Position numbers and translations under genes: made by a program
Assembly (NCBI GenBank): GCA_965197905.1
Contig: CBDAOB010000005.1
Location: 32,001 to 96,000 of the forward strand
Length of the DNA: 64,000 bases
Origin: Candidatus Latescibacterota bacterium
Lineage (GTDB): Bacteria; Latescibacterota; UBA2968; UBA8231
Reading direction: 5' to 3'
Notes under the pieces: generated by a model
The model's database searches: none
The model's input: only the letters and a program-made list of their open reading frames with translations
What the model was told of the DNA's origin: nothing
In this document: in pieces, positions 20,426-32,500 of the stretch
Layout: every line of letters begins with the position of its first letter
How positions within the stretch are numbered: position 1 is the first letter of the stretch

Positions 20426-23400
20426 AGCCCACAACGCCAGCATCCACCACCTCAGCGACCGCGCCCTCTACCGCCGCAGCGAAGAGATGCTCTTCGAGGC
20501 GGCGCGGCTGCACTGCACCGGCCGGCGCTCCGGTCTGCGCCGGAGGGTCCGTCGCTATCTCAAGCCGTATCGCCGCGACCGCAACTTTCTCACCTCCCTC
20601 GCCTCGTCGGTGGGGCGGGCATTGGTGGTCGCCTTCCTGTTGGCGCAGCTGTGGGCGACGGAGGTGAACGCCCAGCCTTCCTTCAGTTCCTCCTCGCCGG
20701 CCAACGCCACCCACGCCACCGCGGTTAGCGCCAACATCAGCGCCACCTTCACCGAAGCGATCGCCGCCGGCACAGTGTCGAGTACGACCTTTGTATTGCA
20801 CGGCGGGTTCATCGGGAAGCATTCCACCGGAGGTACCGCTAGCACCCACAAGGACGCCACCTACACCGGCGGCGGTACGACGACGCTGACTATCAATCCC
20901 GGGGCCGACTTCGCGCCGGGGGAGCTGGTGAGCGTGTCGCTGACGACGGGGCTGCAGAACGGCAGCGCGCAGGCGCTGACGGCGGCGAAGGTGTATCAGT
21001 TCCGTGCGGCGGCAACGGGCGGGCCGGCGGTGTTCAGCAATGCGTCGCGTGATGTCGCAACCGCGACGAACGATACCCGCGCGACCTCACTGGGTGACTT
21101 GGATGGCGACGGCGATCTCGACCTGATCACCGGTAATAACCTCCAGGTGAACCAGGTGTATCTGGGCAATGGCAGTGGGTCCTTCGCCGCCGGCAACAAC
21201 GTCGAAACCGGGACGACGCTCAGGACCCACGCCACTTCGCTAGGTGACCTGGATGACGACGGCGATCTCGACCTGATCACCGGCAATAACCTCGAGGTGA
21301 ACCGGGTGTACTTGGGCAACGGCAGTGGGTCCTTCGCCGCTGGCAACAACGTCGAAACGGGTACGACGCTCAGGACCTACGCCACTTCACTAGGGGACCT
21401 GGACGGCGACGGCGACCTCGATCTGATTACCGGCAATAACGGCGAGGTGAATCGGGTATATCTGGGCAATGGCAGTGGGTCCTTCGCCGCCGGCAGCGAT
21501 GTCGAAACGGGCACGACGAACAATACCCGAGCCGTGTCGTTAGGGGACTTGGACGGCGACGGCGATCTCGATCTGATTACCGGAAACTACATCGCGGTGG
21601 ACCGGGTGTATTTGGGCAACGGTGACGGCACGTTCGCGGCCGGCAGCGATGTGGAAACCGGGACTCCGCTCAGGACCTTCGCCACCTCATTGGGGGACCT
21701 GGACGGCGACGGCGATCTCGATCTGGCCACTGGCAATCACAGTCCCCAGGTGAACAAGGTGTACTTGGGCAATGGCAACGGCACGTTCGCCGCCGGCAGC
21801 GACTTGGAATCGGGGATAACAAACGCTACTCGATCAACCCCGTTGGGAGACCTGGATGGTGATGGCGACCTCGATCTGATCACGGGCAACTACAGCAATC
21901 AGGCGAACCGGTTGTATTTAAGTAATGGCAATGGCACGTTTGCCGCTGGCAGCAATGCCGCTACGCCGACGAATCAGACCTGGAGCGTATCGTTAGGCGA
22001 CCTGGACGGCGACGGCGATCTCGATCTGATTACCGGTAATGAAGGCCAAGCGAACCGCGTCTATCTCAACAACAACACCAACTTCTCTTCTTCATCGCCA
22101 GCGGTAAACGCCCACAACGCAGCGACCACCTCGAACGTCAGCGCCACCTTCGGCCAATCGATGCAGGCGGCGACGAGCTCGACCTTTTTGGTGCACGGCG
22201 GTTTTACGGGCAAGCGGGCCGGCAGCTACAGCGGCGCCAGCAGTATGACCCTGACCTTCGATCCCACCAACGACTTCCGACCCGGCGAGGTGGTGGATGT
22301 GACCCTGACCGCCGGTTTGAAGAGCACCGCCGGCGATGCTTTTCAAAAGCCGAAGTCCTACCGCTTCCGCGCCACGGCGACCGCGGGGCCGGTGGTCTTC
22401 AGCTATGAGACGAGCGATGTCGAAACGGGTACGACGAACAAGGCCGGGTCCACCTCACTAGGCGACTTGGACGGCGATGGCGATCTCGATCTGATTGTCG
22501 GCAACACTGGCAGCCAGGTGAACCGGGTGTATCTGAATACCGCCAGCGGGGTCTTCGCCGCTGGCAGCGATGTCGAAACGGGCACGACGAACTCTACCTT
22601 TGCCACTTTGTTAGGTGACTTGGATGGCGACGGCGATCTCGATCTGATTACTGGCAATGACAACGGCCAGGTGAACCGGGTATATCTGGGCAATGGCAGC
22701 GGGGCTTTCGCCGCTGGCAGCGATGTCGCTACGCCGACGAACGCTACCCGATCCGCCTCGTTAGGTGACTTGGACGGCGACGGCGATCTCGATCTGATCA
22801 CGGGCAACTACAATAATCAGGTAAACCGGTTGTATTTAAGTAATGGCAGCGGGGCTTTCGCCGCTGGCAGCGATGTCGCTACGCCGACGAATCAGACCCG
22901 ATCTGTTTCGTTAGGTGACTTGGACGGGGATGGGGATCTCGATCTGATTACCGGCAATGGTAGCAGCCAGGTCAACCGAGTGTATTTAAGCAATGGGAAC
23001 GGGACCTTTGCCGCCGGCAGCGATGTCGAAACGGGCACGACGAATGTTACCCTTGCCACCTCGTTGGGTGATTTGGACGGCGACGGCGATCTCGATCTGA
23101 TTACCGGCAATCACAACCAGGTGAACCGGGTGTATTTGGGCAATGGCAGCGGGGCTTTCGCCGCCGGCAGCGATGTCGAATCGGGTACGACGAATAAAAC
23201 CTTTTCCACCTCGTTAGGTGATTTGGACGGCGACGGCGATCTCGATCTGATTACCGGCAATGACAGCCAGGTCAATCGGGTGTATTTGGGCAATGGCAGT
23301 GGTGCCTTCGCCGCCGGCAGCAATGTCGCTACGCCGACGAACGCTGCCCGATCCGTTTCGTTAGGCGACTTGGACTCAGATGGCGATCTCGATCTGATCG

Positions 23401-26400
23401 CTGGTAATTACAGCCAGGTCAATCGCGTATATCTCAATTCGGGCAACAAAGACGGCACCCTGACGGCGAGTGCCACCCTCGACGAGAGCAGCGCCATCGC
23501 CTTGCCGTCGACCGCTACGAGCTCGGGCGCGGCGGTCGATCTGTTCGACTTCACGCTCACCGACGGCGGTGGCGGTGACGGGTTTTCGCTGGGTGTGTCT
23601 AAGATCGTAATCCACACCTCGGGGACCGGTCCCTTCTCCCAGGTTACCTGGCTGCTCAACGGCCCCGACGCCACCAATGTCACCGGTACCTATAGCTCCG
23701 GTACCAACACCATCACCTTCTCCGGCCTGTCGGTCTCGGTGGCCGACGGAGGCAACGAGACCTACACCCTGCGGGGTTATTACGGCACCAACACCGGCCT
23801 GACCGAAGGACAGACCTTCTCGTTCTCCAGCGATGGCGACACCGATGTGACGATGACCAACAACCTCGGGTCGAGCATGGCGATCAGCAGCGCGGCGGTG
23901 AGCAACGGGGTGGCGGCTCAAGTGGGGATTACGGCGACGAAGCTCGCTTTTTCGACACAGCCGGCACCGCTGGCGCTGACCTCGGGCACCCAGCTCGATT
24001 TCACCACCGACCCGGCGGCGACGCTCAAAGACGCCGCGGGCAACCTCGACCTGACAGCGACGACGGTGACGCTGGCGGAAAACGGGGCGGGCACGTCGAC
24101 CTTCGTCAACAACACCGCGACCTCTGCCAGCGGGGTGGCGACCTTCAACGGACTGTTGCTGACCTACAATGCCCTCGACGCTTCGAGCATCGCGTTGGTG
24201 GCCTCCGCCGGCAGCCTGACAGCGACTTCCTCTTCGTTTGCGGTAACCGCCTTTCCCCTGGAGGCCAACAACACCGGGGTGTCCACTAGCGAGGGCGGGA
24301 CCGCGACGATTTCGTCGGACCAGCTGAAATTCACCGATGCTGCCAGCACCAATTCGCAGATCGTCTATACCATAGGCACCGCGCCCGCGGTGGGAGAGAT
24401 CCGCAAGAGCGGCACCGCCCTCGCCGCCAGTGGCACCTTCACGCAGGATGACATCGACAACGGCTTGGTGAGTTACACGCACAACGGCAGCGAAAACTTC
24501 ACCGACAGCTTCACCTACACGGTGTCGGGCAGTGCTGGCTTGTCAACCAGCAGCTTCGGATTCGGTTTCGAGATCGAGCCGGTCAACGACGCGCCTTCGC
24601 TGGACGTGCTGAGGGATGTGCCGGTGGAAGAGGGCGGCTACGTCGTCATCAGCAACGGGTATCTGCGTATCCTCGATGGGGACACCCACGCCAGTAAGCT
24701 GATCTTCACTGTGCAGGCGGCACCGGTCCATGGCCGCCTCAACCAGGGCAGCTTCTCCCAGGCCGACATCGATGAATCGCTGGTGACGTACATCCACAAC
24801 GGCTCCGATTCCAAAGCCGACAGCCTGCTTTTCAGCGTTGCCGATGCCAACGGTCTGGAGCTGATCAGCACTTGGCTACATTTCGTGATTCAGGCGCGCA
24901 ACGATGCACCGGTTATCCCGTCGATCGAGCATCTCTCTATAAAGGAAGGGGAGCTGCTGGTGCTGGACCTTACGGCCACCGATCCGGAAGGCGCATCGGT
25001 GGCGACGACGGTGACTGGACTTCCCACCGGTGCTACGCTGGACGGTACGATCCTCAAGTGGTTGCCGTTGTACGACCAATCCGGCACCTATCCGCTGGGT
25101 GTGGACTACGACGACGGCGAGGGCGGGACCAGCCGGCTGCGCTTCGAGATTCATGTGGGCGAGACCCCGATCCCAATGCTGATGCCGGAACCGAGTCTGC
25201 TGGACTTCGGGGACGTCGCTGCCGGCGAAACGGCGGACCTGACGTTTGTCCTGGTGAACAACGCGCCGATATCGATGGACCTGGCTCCTTTTGCGAGCAC
25301 GTCCGCTTACCTGAAGGTGGTGAGTCCGGCTTTTCCAGTTAGTCTACTGCCGGGCGCACAGTTGGATGTCACGGTGCGTTTCGCAGCCACCGACGACCGG
25401 GTAGAGATGCAGCAGGGCCGACTTACCTGCTCCAGTGAACTTGGTCAGGTGGAGGTGTCTGCCTTGGGTCGCAGTATCTGGTCGCGGCTGGTGGCCGACG
25501 AAGACGAGGTGCGTTTTCTTCCGGCGACCATCGGCGACATCCGCTGGCGCCACCTGACGTTGAGCAATCCCGGGAATCTACCGTTGGATATTTCCACGCA
25601 GCTTCCCGAGGACTCTGCATTCGGAGTCGAGCCGATAAAACTGACCATTCCCGGCGGTGAGGAGCGAACCATGCGCGTCCGTTTCGCGCCCTCGACCAAC
25701 CATCCCGTCGAGACGAGTCTGACGTTGATTAGCGCGGCGGGGCAACTGGACATCCCGCTGCGTTGCCAGGGTCGTGAGCCGGAGGAAGGACCGGTGTCCA
25801 TCGACTTCGACCTGGATCAGGGGAACCAGCAGCAAGACCAAATCGGCGGCGCCACTGCCGGCTTGGTTTACCAGCTACAGCTATATGCCAACGACGCACC
25901 GGCGATCTCGGGGTGGAGTGTGCGGGTCGACTTCGACGCCAGGCAGGTGTCGTACGTGGACGGCAGCTTTGCCCCCGGCGCTTTTCTCAGCCAGCTGGTA
26001 CCCCTGGCCAGCGTCGGCGACGGTTATGTGGAAATCGGTGGCGACGTTCTGGCCCGGCAGCGCGCGGCGTCGGGTAACGGGATCCTCGGCACGCTATCGT
26101 TTCAAGTGCAGGACGGCTTTTCAGAGGAAACCGAGCTGGCTGTCAGTCGCGTAACCTGGCATCGCGAGGACTGGATCGGTCCCGACCGTACCATCGTACA
26201 TGCGCCGGCCAGCATTTCCGCGGTTGATCTGGTTCCCATCGAGGATGGAGATGTTGACGTTCTCAGCGATGCCGGCGGTGGGGACGTCCCTATCGAGGAT
26301 GTAGATGTCGACGTCCCCCTCAAGGTTGGGGATTTCAACGCCGATGGCCGTGTCACCATGGACGATCTGTTTCTGATGGCGGACCAGTTCAATCAGACGG

Positions 26401-26498
26401 TGCCGCCGGCGGAAGTCCGCTTCGATTTCAACGAAGATGGCCGCATCGACAATACTGACGTATTGTTTTTGATCGATCTGATCAAACAGGACCGGTAA
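20415..26498 (+). CDS. Giant surface protein 1 (2027 aa): extended leader, 2x[Ig-like + 7 FG-GAP blades], Ig, 2 cadherin-like/CSPG repeats, Ig, 2 ASH-like domains, cohesin, dockerin/EF-hand
   Basis: 14 GDLDGDGDLD repeats; TFTQDDIDNGLVSYTHNGSE; LDFGDV; GWSVRVDFD..GILGTLSF; DFNADG..DFNEDG; start chosen by alignment with paralogs. Confidence 0.85.
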   Translation: MITEAHNASIHHLSDRALYRRSEEMLFEAARLHCTGRRSGLRRRVRRYLKPYRRDRNFLTSLASSVGRALVVAFLLAQLWATEVNAQPSFSSSSPANATHATAVSANISATFTEAIAAGTVSSTTFVLHGGFIGKHSTGGTASTHKDATYTGGGTTTLTINPGADFAPGELVSVSLTTGLQNGSAQALTAAKVYQFRAAATGGPAVFSNASRDVATATNDTRATSLGDLDGDGDLDLITGNNLQVNQVYLGNGSGSFAAGNNVETGTTLRTHATSLGDLDDDGDLDLITGNNLEVNRVYLGNGSGSFAAGNNVETGTTLRTYATSLGDLDGDGDLDLITGNNGEVNRVYLGNGSGSFAAGSDVETGTTNNTRAVSLGDLDGDGDLDLITGNYIAVDRVYLGNGDGTFAAGSDVETGTPLRTFATSLGDLDGDGDLDLATGNHSPQVNKVYLGNGNGTFAAGSDLESGITNATRSTPLGDLDGDGDLDLITGNYSNQANRLYLSNGNGTFAAGSNAATPTNQTWSVSLGDLDGDGDLDLITGNEGQANRVYLNNNTNFSSSSPAVNAHNAATTSNVSATFGQSMQAATSSTFLVHGGFTGKRAGSYSGASSMTLTFDPTNDFRPGEVVDVTLTAGLKSTAGDAFQKPKSYRFRATATAGPVVFSYETSDVETGTTNKAGSTSLGDLDGDGDLDLIVGNTGSQVNRVYLNTASGVFAAGSDVETGTTNSTFATLLGDLDGDGDLDLITGNDNGQVNRVYLGNGSGAFAAGSDVATPTNATRSASLGDLDGDGDLDLITGNYNNQVNRLYLSNGSGAFAAGSDVATPTNQTRSVSLGDLDGDGDLDLITGNGSSQVNRVYLSNGNGTFAAGSDVETGTTNVTLATSLGDLDGDGDLDLITGNHNQVNRVYLGNGSGAFAAGSDVESGTTNKTFSTSLGDLDGDGDLDLITGNDSQVNRVYLGNGSGAFAAGSNVATPTNAARSVSLGDLDSDGDLDLIAGNYSQVNRVYLNSGNKDGTLTASATLDESSAIALPSTATSSGAAVDLFDFTLTDGGGGDGFSLGVSKIVIHTSGTGPFSQVTWLLNGPDATNVTGTYSSGTNTITFSGLSVSVADGGNETYTLRGYYGTNTGLTEGQTFSFSSDGDTDVTMTNNLGSSMAISSAAVSNGVAAQVGITATKLAFSTQPAPLALTSGTQLDFTTDPAATLKDAAGNLDLTATTVTLAENGAGTSTFVNNTATSASGVATFNGLLLTYNALDASSIALVASAGSLTATSSSFAVTAFPLEANNTGVSTSEGGTATISSDQLKFTDAASTNSQIVYTIGTAPAVGEIRKSGTALAASGTFTQDDIDNGLVSYTHNGSENFTDSFTYTVSGSAGLSTSSFGFGFEIEPVNDAPSLDVLRDVPVEEGGYVVISNGYLRILDGDTHASKLIFTVQAAPVHGRLNQGSFSQADIDESLVTYIHNGSDSKADSLLFSVADANGLELISTWLHFVIQARNDAPVIPSIEHLSIKEGELLVLDLTATDPEGASVATTVTGLPTGATLDGTILKWLPLYDQSGTYPLGVDYDDGEGGTSRLRFEIHVGETPIPMLMPEPSLLDFGDVAAGETADLTFVLVNNAPISMDLAPFASTSAYLKVVSPAFPVSLLPGAQLDVTVRFAATDDRVEMQQGRLTCSSELGQVEVSALGRSIWSRLVADEDEVRFLPATIGDIRWRHLTLSNPGNLPLDISTQLPEDSAFGVEPIKLTIPGGEERTMRVRFAPSTNHPVETSLTLISAAGQLDIPLRCQGREPEEGPVSIDFDLDQGNQQQDQIGGATAGLVYQLQLYANDAPAISGWSVRVDFDARQVSYVDGSFAPGAFLSQLVPLASVGDGYVEIGGDVLARQRAASGNGILGTLSFQVQDGFSEETELAVSRVTWHREDWIGPDRTIVHAPASISAVDLVPIEDGDVDVLSDAGGGDVPIEDVDVDVPLKVGDFNADGRVTMDDLFLMADQFNQTVPPAEVRFDFNEDGRIDNTDVLFLIDLIKQDR

Positions 26499-26504
26499 GG
26501 CCAG

Positions 26505-29500
26505 ATGACCACAGAAGCTCACGACGCAACTATAGCCCACTTGAGCGACCGGGCGCTGTATCGTCGCAGCGAAGAGATGCTCTTCGAGGCGGCGCGGCTC
26601 CACTGCAGCGGCCGGCGCTCCGGCCTGCGCAAGCGGGTGCGCCGCTACCTGAAGCCCTATCGGCGCGACCGGGTCTTTCTGACCTCGCTCGCCTCTTCGA
26701 TTGGGCGGTTGTTAGTCGTCGCCTTCCTGCTGGCGCAGCTGTGGGCCACCGAGGCGAACGCCCAGCCTTCCTTCAGCTCCTCCTCGCCGGCCAACGCCAC
26801 TCACGCCACCGCCCCCACCGGCAACATAAGCGCGACGTTTACCGAGGCGATCGCTGGCGGGACCGTCTCCAGCACAACGTTTGTAGTGCACGGAGGTTTT
26901 ATCGGCAAACACTCTACAGGCGGCACAGCCAGCACGCACCAGGATGCTACCTACACCGGGCAAGGCACGACGACCTTGACCTTTGATCCAGGGGAAAATC
27001 TTACTCCAGGTGAGCTGTTGAGCGTGTCGTTGACGACCGGGTTGCAAAACGGCAGCGCCCAGGCGTTGACGGCGGGCAAAGTATTCCAGTTCCGGGCGGC
27101 GGCGGGAGCGGGTCCGAGAGTTTTCGACAACACCTCCAACAACATCGATACTCCGACGAACGACACCCGCGAAGTGATGTTGGGCGATTTCGACGGCGAC
27201 GGCGATCTGGATGTTGTTGCGGCGAACTATGCTGTCGTGAATCGAGTGTATCTGGGCAACGGCAACGGCACTTTCGCCGTGGGCAGCAATATTGATACTC
27301 CGACCAACAACACGCGACACCTATCGACAGGCGATCTCGACGGCGATGGGGACCTTGACGTGGTCATCGCCAACAACAACCAGGTTAACAGGGTGTATCT
27401 GGGCAACGGCAATGGCACCTTCGCCGTCGGTAGCAACGTAGACACGCCGACCAATGCGACGCTCGAACTAATTCTGGGCGATCTCGACGCCGACGGGGAT
27501 CTGGATCTGGTCACCGGCAATAACAACCAGGTCAACCGAGTCTATCTCAGCAATGGCAACGGGACCTTCGCTACCGGAAACGACGTAGGTACGCCGGCAA
27601 ACGCTACGAGATCGGTCGAGCTGGGAGATGTGGATGCGGATGGGGATCTGGATCTGATCGTGGCCAACTATAATCAGACGAATCGCATTTACTCAGGAAA
27701 TGGCAATGGCACGTTCGCCGTGGGCACCAATGTTGACACGCCGACGAACCAAACCCAGACCGTGCGCTTGGGGGACCTGGATGGGGACGGCGATTTCGAT
27801 CTGGTCGCCGGCAATCGCTATCAGGTGAACCGGGTTTATCTGGGCAATGGCAATGGCACCTTTGCCTCTGGATCCAATATCGACACCCCGACGAATCAAA
27901 CCATGTCCGTCTCGCTGGGGGACCTGGATGGGGACGGTGATCTCGATTTGATCACCAGCAACAACACGCAGGTGAATAGGATGTATCTGGGTACCGGCAC
28001 CGGGACGTTTGCGTCGGGTACAGATGTCGACACACCGACCAATAATACCCGGGCGGTGCCCCTAGGGGATGTGGACGGGGACGGCGACCTGGATCTGGCG
28101 ACGGGCAATTCCACTCAGGTCAACCGGGTGTATCTGAACAACGGAGCGGTGTTTTTGTCGTCGTCGCCGACCGCCAACAACAAAAGCGTGACGACCACAT
28201 CCAACGTCAGCGCCACCTTCAACCAGTCGATGAATGCGGCGACGACCTCGACCTTCCTCGTCCACGGCAGCATGACGGGCAAGCGCGCCGGGTCGTATAG
28301 CGGTGCCAGCAGCACGACCCTGACCTTCGATCCGACCAGCGACTTCAAGTCTGGCGAGCGCGTGGACGTAACGCTGACGACGAGTCTGCAGAACACCGCC
28401 AGCGAAGCATTGCAAACAGCCCGGACATTTCAGTTTGTCGCGGCGGCCAGCGGGGGACCGGCGGTGTTCAGCAACGCGTCGCATGCCGTCGATACGCCAA
28501 CGAATGCTACGCATACCGTGTCGTTAGGGGATCTGGATGGTGACGGCGATCTGGATATGGTTACTGGAAACGATAATCAGGTAAACCGGGTGTATTCGGG
28601 CAACGGCAACGCCACCTTCGCCTCGGGTAGCGATGTCGACACACCGACGAACAGGACTTTTTCCGTGTCGTTAGGCGATCTCGACGGGGACGGCGATCTG
28701 GATTTGGCTACCGGCAATCGCAATCAAGTGAACCGAGTATATCTGGGCAATGGCAGTGGCACCTTCGCCACGGGCAACAATATAGATACCCCAACCAATG
28801 ATTCTACCGCCATATTGTTAGGGGATATGGATGGTGACGGCGACCTGGATGTCGTAACAGGTAATCGAAGTCAAGTAAATCGGATATATCTGGGCAATGG
28901 CAATGGTACTTTCGCTGCGGGCAACGATGTCGATACCCCGACCAACGTGTCCTATTCAGCGCAGTTGGGAGATGTAGATGGGGACGGCGACCTCGATCTG
29001 GTAACGGGCAATAATCCTCAAGTGAACCGAGTATATCTGGGCAATGGCAATGGCACCTTCGCCTCGGGCAACGATGTCGATACGCCAACCAATGCGACCA
29101 CTTTCGTTCAGCTAGGAGATTTGGATGGGGATGGCGATCTGGATTTGGTCGCAGGCAATAACGCTCAAGTAAACCGGATTTACTTGGGCAACGGCAACGG
29201 GACGTTTGCCTCAGGCAACGATGTCGATACCCCAACCAATATAACTTTCTCCATGGTATTGGGGGATATAGATGGGGACGGTGATCTGGATCTGGTCGCG
29301 GGCAATCAGAGTGGAGTGAACCGGATGTATCTGGGCAACGGCAACGGTACCTTCGCCTCGGGCAGCGATGTCGATACGCCGGCGAATCAGACCATATCCG
29401 TTTCATTGGGGGATGTCGATGTGGACGGCGATATAGATTTGGTTACGGGCAATAACGGTGCTGTGAACCGCGTCTATCTGAACAACAATACCAAGTTTTC

Positions 29501-32500
29501 TTCCTCTTCACCGGCGGTCAACGCCAACAATGCGGCGACCACTTCCAACGTGAGCCCTACCTTCACACAGTCGATGAATGCGGCAACGAGCTCGACCTTT
29601 GTGGTGCGGGGCGATATGACGGGCAAGCGCGCAGGTACTTACAGCGGGGCGAGCAGTACGACCCTGTCCTTCGATCCGACCAATGACTTCCGGCCGGGCG
29701 AGCTGGTGGAGGTCACGCTGAAGACCGGCTTGAAGAGCACCAGCGGAGATGCGATGCAACCTCCTCGGGTGTATCGGTTTTTCGGTGCGGCGACTGGCGG
29801 GCCGGCGGTGTTCAGCAATAAGACGCACGATGTCGACGCGCCGACGAACAGTACCCTTTCCCTGCCGTTAGGAGATGTTGACGGGGACGGCGATCTCGAT
29901 CTAGTCGCGGGCAATTCCACTCAAGTGAACCGGGTGTACTTAGGCAACGGCAATGGCACTTTCGCCGCTGGAAGCAATGTCGATACGCCGACGAATTCAC
30001 CCAGTCCGTGTCGTTCGGCGATCTGGATGGCGATGGCGATCTGGATAGTGTCGTGGGCAATTACACTCAAGTGAACCGCTTGTACTTAGGGAACGGAAAC
30101 GGCACCTTTGCCTCTGGAAGCAATGTCGATACCCCGACGAACAACACCTATTCAGGCTTGTTGGGGGATGTGGATGGGGACAGCGATCTGGATCTGGTGA
30201 CGGGCAATGGCAACCAGGTGAATCGGGTGTACTTAGGGAACGGAAACGGCACATTTGCGACCGGCAACAACATCGCTACTCCGACGAATGACACCCGATC
30301 CATGTCTCTAGGGGACTTGGATGGCGATGGCGATCTGGATGTGGTCACCGGTAACAATACTCAAGTGAACCGGGTGTATCTGGGCAATGGCAACGGTACG
30401 TTTGCAACGGGCACCAATGTCGCTACGCCGACGAATAATACCCAGGAAATTCGTCTAGGGGATTTGGACGGGGACGGCGATCTGGATCTGGTCACCGGCA
30501 ATTCCAGTCAGGTGAATCGGGTGTATCTGGGCAATGGCAACGGCACCTTCGCGGCGGGAAACAACGTCGCCACGCCGACAGATCAGACCTTTTCCGTGCC
30601 GTTAGCTGATGTTGATGGGGACGGCGATCTGGATCTGGTCACCGGCAATTCGGGTGCCGTGAACCGGCTCTATCTGGGCAATGGCAACGGCACCTTCGCC
30701 GCGGGTACCAATCTCGATACGCCGACGAATCAGACCCGGTTCGTATCGTTGGGAGATCTGGATGGGGACGGCGATCTGGATATAGCCACAGGCAATCTTG
30801 GCGAGGTTAACCGGGCGTATCTAAATAACAACACCTCCTTCTCCTTCTCCTCCCCCACGGCGAACAACAAAAGTGTGACGCCCACCTCCAACGTCAGCGC
30901 TACCTTCAACAAGGCGATGAATGCCGCCAGCTCCTCGACCTTCCTCGTCCACGGCAGCATGAGCGGCAAACGCGCGGGTACCTACAGCGGGGCGAGCAGT
31001 TCAACATTGACCTTCGACCCGACTAGCGACTTCAAATCCGGCGAGTTGATAGACGTCTCGCTTACCACCGGACTCAAAGCCACGACCGGCGATGCAGTGC
31101 AGCCACCCCGGGTGTTCCAGTTTCGTGCGGCGGCGACGGCAGGGCCGGTGGTATTTAGTCATGTCTCTAATGATGTGGACACTCCGACAAATACCACTCT
31201 TGCTGTCTCGTTAGGTGATATGGACGGTGACGGCGATCTCGATCTCGTTACCGGCAACGTTAGCCAGGCAAACCGGGCCTACCTGAGCAATGGCAATGGA
31301 ACCTTCGCCTCGGGAGCCGACGTGGCCACGCCGACGCATCAGACCCGGGCCGTGCCGTTGGGTGATCTTGATGGAGATGGCGATCTGGATCTGGTTACGG
31401 GAAACTACGGCCAAGTGAACCGGGTATATTTGAGCAACGGCAATGGGTCCTTCGCTTCAGGCAACGATGTGTCCACGCCGACGCATCAGACCCAGTCCGT
31501 GTCGTTGGGTGATGTGGACGGGGATGGCGATATAGATCTCGTCATGGGCAACCGGAATGTCGTAAATCGGGTCTACCTGGGCAGCGGCAGTGGTTCGTTC
31601 TCCTCCGGGACCGATGTGGACACACCGACGGATAACACCGCTAGTGTATCATTGGGTGATTTGGATGGGGATGGCGATCTGGATCTGGTCACAGGTAATC
31701 TTGGTGTCGTGAACCGGGTGTATCTGGGTAAAGCAACGGGATCTTCGCAACGGGAAACAATGTGGATACACCGACTCATCAGACCCGATATGTGTCGTTA
31801 GGTGATTTGGATGCAGATGGGGATCTGGACCTTGTCACAGGCAACAATGGTCAGGCGAACCGTCGATACCTGGGCAATGGCAACGGTACGTTTGCGTCCG
31901 GCAGCGATGTGGCCACGCCCGCGAATGGCACTTTGTCCATTGCGTTAGGGGATTTTGACGGGGATGGCGATCTGGATCTGGCTGCGGGCAATTCGGGGGT
32001 AAACCGGGTGTATTTGGGTGCTGGCAACGGTACGTTCGCATCCGGAAGCGATGTTGACACGCCGGCAAATACCACCCGGGGTATCGCGCTGGGCGATCTG
32101 GACGGAGACCTCGATCTGGATATCCTTGCAGGTAATGACAATACGGTGAATCGCTTTTACCTCAATTCAGGCAACAAAGACGGCTCCCTGACCGCCAGCG
32201 GCACCCTCGACGAGAGCAGCGCCATCGCCCTGCTTGCCGGAGCCGACACCCAGGCCGAAGCGATCGACCTGTTCGACTTCAAGCTCACCGACGGTGGCGG
32301 AGGTGATGGCTTGGCGCTGGCGGTTTCACAGATAGTTGTCAACACCTCGGGAACCGGTCCCTTCTCCCAGGTCACCTGGCTGCTCAACGGCCCCGACGCC
32401 AGCAATGTCACCGGCACCTACAATGCCGGCACGAACAAGATCACATTCACCGGCCTCTCGATTTCCATCGCCGACGGCGCCAGCGAAACCTACACAGTGC

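Noticed and set aside
20540..20600. Tat signal in the leader (RRYLK, RRDRxFL)
   Set aside because: Spacing does not match S/T-R-R-x-F-L-K, and the cargo is about 200 kDa or larger; not excluded but unsupported
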